33,126 nt of DNA from Streblomastix strix (lineage: Eukaryota), in contig SNRW01000062.1 of assembly GCA_008636045.1 (NCBI GenBank), positions 1 through 33,126 on the forward strand. The letters run 5' to 3'. Position numbers and translations under genes: made by a program. Below, in pieces: positions 22,536-33,126 of the stretch. Below the pieces are notes generated by a model, which did not search any database, was not told the DNA's origin, and saw only the letters and a list, made by a program, of their open reading frames with translations. Position 1 is the stretch's first letter. Each line of letters begins with the position of its first letter.

Positions 22536-25500
22536 CAGGGAAGTTACTGTCGCTTCGCTTCCGAAGTTGTTTGATTTTAAATAGTTGAATTTATTATTAG
22601 AAATTTTATTAATATTATATATATTCAATCAATTTTTTTAATAGTTTTATTAATTTTCCTTTCAAAAATAATAAATATATAAAAAATAGTTCAATAACAG
22701 TAGCAATTATGAAATGTTTATTATATAAAAAAATTAAATTTATCTTATCTTTACTATGTTATTCGCCTCATTCATTTATCCGATGAATTTAAATATTTTA
22801 TTGTATCATTAATTTCTTACATAAAACTTTCTTAAATAATATTATCTTTATGATTTTCGTCTTATATTTCAGCATTATCAAAATCATTCCTTTATATTTA
22901 TAAAATTTGTAAATCCTATTCATCTTCAATATTATCAAAATCATCACCTACTTCTTCTCGTTCCTCAAAATCTTCAGAATCATCCTTAAAAATATTAAAT
23001 ACATCATCTTAATCATTAAAAATTTCAAGTTTATCTTAAATTTAATCTTTTGCATTATTACTAATTTATAAATTATTTGATTAAAGAGTTAAAAAAATAT
23101 TAGAATATATAATATTTCTTGTTTTAAAATCTTTTTTGTGAGTATTACTCAATTAGATATGAAGTCCTTCAAGTGACATGCACCTTGAGAGTGCAACATA
23201 TAATTATCTATAAGAAAAACATTCTTTTTGTAGGCATATTCCAAGAGTACTGAATGATTATCTTTGAGATTTATTGATTGTCATTGAAAATAAAAGTATG
23301 ATTGGAAATTATCTTCTGAAGAATTCAAAGGGAAGCAATTTATCTAAAGGTTATAAGTCAATTCTTGGAATTAAAACTAATTCATTCTTATGTGAACCTG
23401 TAATTATTCGACATTTCAAAAGACGATTACTTTATATAGAAATTTTGGACAATCTTATTCCATTACAAAGTCCTTGTTTAACGTTTATATTTCTTAGTAA
23501 CATAACTATAGCACCATCTTTTAGATTTAATATATGTGGAAGCATACATGATGGTTTTTGCGTATTAAAAAATTCTTCGGAATAGTTAAGTGACGAATGT
23601 CTATCATCTTCAATTACTCTGTCACTATTTAGAAATGACAAAATAATTCCAGATAGCTTATTCAGTATTTATTCCTTTATTTCTAATGATTCCTTATTAG
23701 TTGAAGTTAATATTACCCTATCTGACAGATCATCAATAATACTGTAATTAATTTCGTCGAAAATAATTGTATTAATTAATAGAAATTGAGTAATCAGTCT
23801 TATATCTAACTCTATATAACCTTTTGAATCATAAAACAATTTATCTTCTCCAATATTCAATAATAACTAATTAAATTCTGCAATTGAAGAACTTGATTGG
23901 ATTAATCTCATATTTTAAACCAATGGAAGAAATTGAATATTGGGCCATAATAGTTCAGATTGATTTAAACAGGTTCCTATATTTTCACTTCTATTGAACA
24001 TGGCATTACAAGTAATATTTATCTGAAATCTCCGACTAAAACTATTAAATTTCCTCCAAATAACAATTCATTATTAAATAATAATTTGAAAAATTTATCT
24101 ATTGCTTCAAATATATATCTTGAACTTATTAGAGCTTCGTCGATAATAATGATATCAAAAGATGCTAATTAAAAAGCATAATTTCTATTAATTGAAATAT
24201 TTGGTGCTAATTCTCCAGTAACTGTATCTAAACTTAGTTTTAAAATGCCATGAAGTGTTTATCCCTCAGGCAAAAGAGTAGCTGCGATTCCAGATAAAGT
24301 AGAAGTTATTACTTTTTTATTATTTGATTGATAATAATAATACAACGTTTAATATAAAAAATCTTTCCACTTCCACCTGGTTAATCAATGAAGAAAAAGT
24401 TTATTGTGCGATTATTTGAGATGATAGTATTAAAAGCATGCATCTATTTGTCATTAAGTGTTTTATATCTTTTTGCAAATTCTTCTTCAAAATTTAAGCA
24501 TTATTATTATTTTTATATATTAGGCTCCTCTGGAGATTAAATTAGTAATTCAAATTTAATAATATTTTCTTTAAGTTTTCTTTGAAATATTAATAAGCCT
24601 ATTTTATAGCTTCTTCTTGAATATATCCTTTGTCTATAAAATTTTCACTCATTTGAAATTAATATTTTCTCCAAATATCTTTTTGCATTTATTATATTAT
24701 TGTGTACAATTAAAATTTCAAACAATTATCTTAAATCAATTGGCATTTAAGTTATGACTACCTCTTCTAAAACCAAATCCCACTCACTATCATTTTATAC
24801 TAATCCTCTAGCAATTGCAGCTTCTTCATATGTTGGATATATTATTGTATTATCTTCTCTGTGAGTTCTCAAATATTAATATGATGTTTGATCTTAAACA
24901 TGCATAAGTAATATTTTCAAAAAAGATTTTTCTCTATATCGTACACTCACTGTATATAATCTTCCAATTTATCCAGGGTCTCCTTTTTTTCTACTTTTTC
25001 AAGTGCGACTAGATTCACTATAAGAGAAATGTTCCGGAAATTGTAAATATGTATAATAAATAGTTGTTTTATCTTGAACATTAATTAAATTTTTCTAAAA
25101 TTTATCATTGAAGTCAAAAAATGCAGTAAGTGGTGATTTATTCGAATTATTTTTCTATAATGTAGATTTTTTATTCCCATCAGTGAATTATATACTCTAT
25201 TCATTTTCTAAATGAATTACTAATTATAATATTGAATGAGTCTTGATACTTAGACCAAAAGCACCAATTCGCCAAGCAGCTTCACGACCTTTATGAATAT
25301 ACTTGAATAGATATTTTACTCCTTCAATACTTGCGCATAAATCAACATTTAAATGAGTTTTGTATTTGAGAAGTAGTGTTTTATTATGGGGCACAACCCA
25401 CTCATTTCCAATTCTTCTTCCGTTTTTCAAAAAAGTTATCCCTGAATTTCTTCTTCGATAATTTGGAAACCCATTTTTTTAAAATGATGTTTCCTCTCTA

Positions 25501-28500
25501 TATTATTTCGGATATATTTTTGTACACTATCCATTGTTGCAATATCGAGAGTCTCCATTATCGCAGGGGCCATGAATTAAATGTGTTCCTACTAAATAAT
25601 AATATTCAGGATCGGTAATAGGATCAGGTAGTTCGCTTTAAATCATTTCGTCAAGCTTCCCTATCAACTTAGGAATATCATCTTCACGCACTATAAATAG
25701 AAGGTGAACATGAGGAAGGCCCAATTTTTTGAAATTCAATTTAAACAATCAAATAAACATATTATCCTAATAATCCTTCTTTAATTATATCTTCAATTAA
25801 TTGATTCTTCATTATTACTAATACTCTACATCAAATATCTGGACTATCTTAAGCTGTCCAGCTTGAAAATAAGTTATCAATTATCATTTACCAATGTGGA
25901 TTTGCTGTAAATGTTACGAAGAAAACAGGTTTCCCATATTTTCTTACAATAGCCATCGCATCTAAGAATAATTGATACATATGCCTAGGACTTCCATTAT
26001 ATTTTGCCGAAAGAATTACAGGTTTTCCAGACTTTTGTTTTTGGATTGGTCTAATTTTATGTTTCAGGTTCTGCCACTACTTTTTTATAATCGGATAGTA
26101 CACTATATTTTTCATTTCTAAATTTGTCTTAATTAAATCTATAATAATTTATGTTATTTTGCTCAATTTTTGTGAACCCATCAACCACGAATTAGTGTAA
26201 TAGTTTACCACCATGTAAAATAGGGGACCAAATTCCTTCTTATTCGAAGAGAGGTGATGAGTAGTATTGAAGTAATGTGAAATTTTCTCTTTTTTATCCA
26301 TTTGATATCATCTTAATTCCTGGATGCCATCCTTATTCTCCATATGGAAAAAATATTGGAAAAATCATTGTATTTGCATGAGGATTTTAAAATATTTATT
26401 GTTTATAATCAATCATCCCTTGCATGGAATGTAAATCCTTAAAGAGGATGTATATTTCCATCTCTGCTAAGATAAACTACAGCTATTTCATCTGTTTTAG
26501 GGTCATTGAATCTTCTTGGATCTTTATTAGTATCTGAATTAAGTTATAAAGACAATTTTGGAATCTATTTTATTTCTTTGTTTTAAAATTTCATTACTTA
26601 TTCTTTAAATATTTAATATAAATATTTATATTATTTCACAAATGGATTTCTATCACTTAAATCTTAAACAATTTTTGTCAGAAGCTCTTTATCTAATTTT
26701 ATTTATTTATTTTCAGGAATACTTTTTTTATTGTTATTATTATTAGTAATCTTTTAATCTCTATTCGACATCTTCATCAGGATCAAAAATGCAGTAATGA
26801 CTAAATTTTTCTAAATTTTTGTTTGAAGATATTAGAGGCCCTGTCGTTCTATAGATCTAATTATGAATTCTATAAACTTATGCAACACTACCTTCTGGTT
26901 ATACTTATTATGCATTTATCGACGCAAATGATATGGAAGAATTAAATTTCCTAATATTTCTCATGAAATGTTTAGATTTTTCATGTTCATAATTAAGAAG
27001 TTATTTGAAAAGAATAGGATATCTTTCAAATTTATGTGGGTTTATCCATCGACCATGATTGCAACATTCAGAAAATGGTGAATTATATTTTGATGACTAT
27101 TTTGCTTCAGCCCACCATCTTTTAGCTCCATAACATTAGCAAGTTGTTTGATACGTTAATATTTTTTTATCGAATATTCAAATTTTATTATAAATATTTT
27201 ATTTAATTTATTATTCGTTATTCGAATGATTTGAGTCAAGCGATTAATTATTATTTGACGAATAATTTTATTCAATTTCATCAACAATTGATGAATACTG
27301 ATCAATCTAATGCTATCAATTAATATTTATGATAAATTCAGGGATTTAAGGAATTTTAGGGGAGTCAAATTAGATAGGGACAAAAGAATGTTATACTGAT
27401 TTTGAATCAAAATTTGAAGTATTAACTATACTTGTTACATCTAATCATTCTTTATAAGAATTATGTATGAATAATTCAGCTTATTAATAATTTATTTAAA
27501 TTGTTTTTATATTATCATCAACAAAATTCCAAATAATAGAATCTTATAGATATATGTATAGAGTGGAGTAATTTTAATTAAAGATCTATAGATACCATAT
27601 TTAATGGAATTTAATCCAGAACTTCTAAAAATAATCCCATAAAGATAATATTAAGTTTATTAATAATTTTTAAAGATATTAAAATATATTTAATTAAAAT
27701 TCATAAAAAATAGAAAATTTGTTTGAAAAGTGTTTAGAAATACAGAAAATTTAAATAAAATATGCGAAATGTCTGGTAAATCGATAGAATATTAACAAAT
27801 TGATTTAAAATTTTAAATAAAATAATGTAAATAAAACATTAATAATTAACAAATTAAATAAAAATGAAATTTTAATAAATGTTTGGTGAGTATAATTAGT
27901 TTTATTTTAAAAAATGAAAATATGCAAGCATCTAAAACTAATACTTTAATATTTTTAATTAGTTTTAAATAGTAAAGATACAATTAATTAAAATTTGCAA
28001 TACAAATATAAATGGGTGTAAGACAGTCGAGAAATACATATTTTTAAAAAGGGCGCAAAACGTTCGGTCTTCCATGAGAAAAGCGAAACAGACGATTTAT
28101 TTTATTAAATAAATATGAAATGTATAAAATTAATCAATAAAAATTCATTTAACTGAAAATCGAAAAAACAGATCGCGCCCATATTGAAAAAAATTATCAG
28201 ACTTTACAAATTTTTTCCAGTCTGACCCCATAACGGCTTGAATTCTATTAAAATTTCAAATTCTCAAATTTTGAAGTTTTGCTCGCCGCCACTATACTTT
28301 TTGAGTATTAAAATGTATTTTTAGCTCATATTCACCAAAAAAACTTATGATCAAATTTTCAACTGTTCCTTGAAAAAAAACCGTTTTTTCACGAACACTA
28401 AAAATTGGAACGTCTAATTAAGGGGCTATGCCTAATCTATTTTATATGTTGTGCGCATTATAGCATCATTGCCGGTTTCGTACCTCCCTTTATAGATTTT

Positions 28501-28540
28501 TTTAAGCCGCAATGGGAAGTGACTTTTATTATATGTTAGA
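22536..28540 (-). mobile_element. Mirror copy of the RepHel-coding Helitron
   Basis: Reverse complement of 4587-10591. Confidence 0.85.
22772..27704 (-). pseudogene. Mirror copy of the RepHel pseudogene
   Basis: Reverse complement of 5423-10355; ORF-track fragments 23432..23641 and 25224..25430 carry the helicase and Y2 motifs. Confidence 0.93.
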
Positions 28541-29094
28541 CAAGGGGTCTACCCGCGCTCCGCTGCGGATTTTCTGCTTAAAATAAATATATTTAGCATA
28601 TTTTTACCAAAAAATTCAAAAGTCAAATTTTCAACTGCCAGTCAAAAAAATTCATTTTTTCTCGACAACAAGGATGTAATTCATTTTTTCTAAATTTATT
28701 TAAGATAGAATGAATTTATGCTACTTATATAAATATGTCTGGAGTCTGAGAAAAATCGTGCGTTTTTCGATTTTTTTTGCTGTGGGACTGTAATTTTTTT
28801 ATATAAGTAGCATAGACAAGGGGTCTACCCGCGCTCCGCTGCGGATTTTCTGCTTAAAATAAATATAATTTATATATTTTTAACAAAAAATTAAAGGTCA
28901 AATTTTCAACTGCATGTCAAAAAAATACATTACTTCTAAGCAACGGGGAAGTAACCCATTTTTTCTAAATATAACTTATATAGAATGAATTTATGCTACT
29001 TATATATATATATGTCTAGAGTCTAAGAAAAATCGTGCGTTTTTTTATTTTTTTTTGCTATGAGATTGTAATTTTTTTATATAAGTAGCATAGA
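28541..29094 (-). mobile_element. Mirror copies of the two mini-Helitrons (28541-28816, 28817-29094)
   Basis: Reverse complement of 4033-4586. Confidence 0.8.
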
Positions 29095-30066
29095 TAGGAT
29101 AGGATAAAAAATATTTTGATAAAAAGTTTAATAAAAACCCTTATTAGAGGTGGCTGCAACTACACTCAACTCAGGCACATCACAGCTGTGGCATTATCAA
29201 CCCTCTTTGAAGTGATTAGACAGTTTCTATGTCTGCCAACATTGGCTTATGCAGGAATTGAACTTATCCACTGAAGAAGTAGTTTCGGTTTGGCAGCACC
29301 ATACGCTACGACCCCAGCGATAAAAGCAATAATTAAAAATTCCAAATAAAATAAAATATATTATATTAATTATTATATCATATTTAATGTTTTGTAATTC
29401 TAAACAGTTATTTTTTAAAAATTTTTGAAAGGATTATTTTCAATAATAATTATATAAAATAAATGTTAAAATCTCTTTAGTCTTTTGTCAATATTCGTTT
29501 AATAGTTGTGTTTCTTACTGTTTAAGATAATAATATCGTGTCTAATCCATTTTGAATAAATAACAAAAAATAATTGTTTCAATATAAATTAAAATTAATA
29601 TCTTTATTCTATTATTCAAACTATACATATTCTTCTTATTAAACTTATTATTCTTATGGATCTTCCTTTTCAATAGATTATTTATGGTACTGATTTGAGC
29701 AACGACTTCGTGGTTACTTATATCGTTTAACTTTTTATTTAAATTTCTCTATTTATTTAACAACATCTTATTGTTATAGTTTAATAAATGAATTTTCAGT
29801 TCTAAACCTGATTAATTCTTCTAAATCAAGTTGATGATAAGTATAATTAATTTATGGAGTTTTTGATGTTTTAACAACCCTTTTTCTAATTTATTTCTTT
29901 AATTGATTTTCAATGGCTTCGCTTATTGATTCTTCCTCTCTTTCATCTTACTCATCATTTCATTCAAAAGATTTCATATCTTCATCTTCTTCCTCCTGAG
30001 AATCGGCTTTGTGAATTTATTTTTGTTATACTTTTTAGACTTTTTTCTGCTATTATTATATATGGT

Positions 30067-32907
30067 TTCTCTATCCTTGTAAACTACTCTTCTCTCATTC
30101 CTCTCCTCCTCATATTCTCCCAAAAGGCTGATAGCGCACAGACATGCCTTTTCCAACTCACATGCCAGTTATCTATTATTGTTCTAATTGCACTTCTTGA
30201 TAATCTGGATACTCCTAACGCATTTCGAAATAGCTTTGCTCCATCTTATCCCCGTTTACCTCTAAAGCCAATATCCTCTTAGGAGGAACTTTCAGGTTTA
30301 TCTTCTTCATCTTCGATTTCATCTCCAACACCTTCTCGCCCTCTCCCAATTCCTTCTCTCTTACTGTTATTTCCTTTAGATATATCCACAAAATATACCC
30401 TGGCCAATAAGATACTATCATTACCTCTTATGCTTTATCCACTATTATTTTCTTTAATACTCTACTAATCATTGGAATTGGTGGATATATTAATGAAAAC
30501 TCTTATTCCCAAGGGATTCTCATAGAATCCCGTCCTAGTGCCTATTTATCTCTGCAAAGGGTATAATATCTTCTATGTTTACTATTTTTTCTTACTGCAA
30601 TCAAGTCCACTGTTATTTTTACTTACCATTTGTTCAACACGTCCTTTAATATTTCCTTCTTTATTGATTAATCCCGGCCATTGACAATCTTCATAAAGCG
30701 TCCGCTTCCTTATTCAACTTCCCAGCTATATGTCGCATTATATTTGTCCATCCAATTTCTTTTTCTATTTATATGATCGAATCTATCATTTTTTCAAATT
30801 GCATTTTGCCTTTGCTTTTCCCATTGAAAAATATGATGTTGTTTTAACTGTTTCTGTTATTATTCTGCCGTATACATATTGATGCATGTATTCATTAAGT
30901 GCTTGAATTGCTATATAAAACAATAATATTTCCAGTAAGTTCAAGTTTTCGATGATAATTTCCCATTGTCTATATATCCTATTAATTCGTTTTTTTTACT
31001 TATCGCACTTGCCCCCCTTCACGTTATCGATGCATTTGTCTACATTATTATCAATTCCACACTCATATCTAACATTTTCGGTTAATTGCTATCAAATTAA
31101 CATATGCATCATTATATTTCTGTCAAGAATTTCTTTGTCAAAATTATTTCGCTCGTCCAACCCATTACTCTCGCAGCTTTGCTCATTCATTTATTTTTTA
31201 TTATAGATACAGTCCTCCTCGTTTAAATTATGGAGTAGAAAACCTGAGCATACCAACCAAACTTGCCACGTCTTTTACTCTTTATTATTTTTATTCCATA
31301 GCTAGTCTTATCTATTTCTATAATTGACTCTTTAACTCTTTCCATTTATCGCAAGTCAACGAAATTTTCATTGTTTTCAAGTTGAACATCCATCTCAAGA
31401 ATATGAACTGCTGTTCTGGGGTCAATTTGATCTTCTTTTCCTTAATCACTTATCCATATATACGAAATACTTGCACTATCCATTGCGTTTCTTTCTTCGA
31501 CTATTGCTGATTCTACATAAGAAATAGAATATCGTCTGTGAAATAAACTAATCGAACTAAACTCTTGCTTTAAATTCTACCTGTTAGTATTTATATTGTC
31601 TTTGCAAAGGTCTCTGGTGCAATTGACGTCCCAAGTGGCACTACCACCTGTGTATAATGTAACCCTATATATGCGAATGCTAGATATTAGTCCCATTCAT
31701 CCGTCACAGTTACGTCATTGAACATTATTTTATGACTAATAAGCATATTCAATTCTCTTTTCTTCATATTTCTAATATTTTATTTAAATCATTCATCGAG
31801 AAGTGTTATGCTCTTAGTTGAGCGTTCAATGGTCAGCAATCCAATATCCATCCCAATCCAGCTCCAGGTTTCTTTATTGCGAACATTCCATTCTTCAACT
31901 ATATTTCTTATTAATTGATTACTTTTATTTTTCTTTAACTCAACTCCTCTGTTATCAACTTATCTGGTTATTTTGCTTACTCCACGTTACTATAGAATTA
32001 AATTATTCTTCTTTACTGTGCCAATATTGCCTTACCCTCTTGGTCTTTCCATCTTATATAATAACCTATTTTAATTGTTATATCAATATTGATTTTTTCT
32101 TAAACTTTGTTAAAACTTAATAAACGCGCTCCATTCAAATTTGTGTTGGGTTTTGGATAATTATTCTGTAAAAACAATCATTCAAACGACTCTTCCTCTT
32201 CTACTTCCTCTATCTCACATTTTTTCATTTCCTATTCCTAGTTATCATTCAACTCACATTATTCACACTCTAAATATTCATGTCTATTCTCATTCGCTAC
32301 CCTCATTATGATGTGAAGTTCTAATTAAAGGCTTTCCTGCCTCGTATTTCACGTGCTTTTGTCAGAAATCCTCTTCCCGTTGCTATTCTCTTTCCATAGC
32401 CGTATTTTTTTGTTTCGAACGACGTTTATTATATCACAAGGGGCTCGAATGGTTGGAATAACTGGAATGGTCGATTAAAGTGCACTAGTGACTACAATTG
32501 TTGGATTTAAAGTTGTGGATACATGTACGATCCTTTTGATATAGGATATTAAACTGAACCACTTTCCAAACCTCCAAAACCCTTTTAAAGCTCTCAGTAC
32601 TATCTTCTGAGAATATATCTGCTTATAATAAACTGCCATCTAATACTCCTCTCAACTCTGTAGCTGTGTTTGCAAATTCTCTCAGTTATGCAACTGCATT
32701 TGCTCCAACGCACAACATTGCATACATATTTACTGTTTGCTCAACTTTGTGTTGACGATTTAATCCATTCTACTTCGCGATCAGAAGCGCTTCTTGAGCA
32801 TTTATTCGTTTTGCCGTCGCATCTGCAAATTAGTCCCCTTGTTCGAGCCTTGTCCTTCTCCTAGGTGTCACTATTTTCCAGTCCGGTCTCAAATACTTGA
32901 CCTTCAT
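30067..32907 (-). mobile_element. Mirror copy of the degenerate DIRS-like retrotransposon
   Basis: Reverse complement of 220-3060. Confidence 0.85.
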
Positions 32908-33126
32908 TTTTTTGACAAATTATTATTAACAATCTAATGTAGTTGAATAATAAACTGTTGATCCAACATTTAGATGCCAATCATAAAACTTTTCATTCCA
33001 TTAATGATCTGGATAAATTAGTTGATTATGACATAAGAATTAATGATTGGAGATGAATAATTAATTTTTTATAATAAAATGATGAGAAACACTTTTATTC
33101 CAAAATTATCTGATTTTAATTTGTAA

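Larger units (their letters stand above)
16769..33126 (-). repeat. Right arm of window-spanning inverted repeat (reverse complement of 1-16358)
   Basis: Begins atcagctatacaagtatc at 16769. G16359 and G16768 are the first non-complementary pair, leaving a 410-bp unique spacer (16359-16768). Confidence 0.98.

Noticed and set aside
1..33126. Giant TIR element (Polinton/Maverick, linear plasmid or virus) or palindromic minichromosome
   Set aside because: No polymerase, integrase, capsid, rRNA genes or telomeric repeats seen. The arms are ordinary transposon-littered DNA and the centre is a broken gene.

Overview
This is very AT-rich eukaryotic DNA, and the standard-code ORF track is largely misleading. 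Conserved protein motifs only read through if TAA/TAG encode Gln and TGA is the sole stop, as in ciliates, hexamitid diplomonads and the oxymonad Streblomastix. An oxymonad-like protist fits best, but that is inference. The whole window is one giant inverted repeat: 1-16358 is mirrored by 16769-33126 around a 410-bp spacer. The fold-back cuts through a gene, which suggests an amplification/assembly chimera, so unique content is about 16.8 kb. In order it holds: a decayed DIRS-type retrotransposon (gag-like, RT, RNase H, methyltransferase-like domain, truncated 3' ORF); a head-to-tail train of four Helitron units (two ~277-bp minis, a 6-kb RepHel-coding but frameshifted element, and a 2.2-kb derivative carrying a 30-bp minisatellite) with TC starts, GCGNAGC hairpins and atypical CTTG ends; a ~230-bp fold-back MITE-like element; and a hidden >3-kb TGA-free frame encoding an Asn/Gln-rich, membrane-associated protein with GG(A/G)-Cys beta-helix (Pmp-like) repeats, truncated at the palindrome junction.
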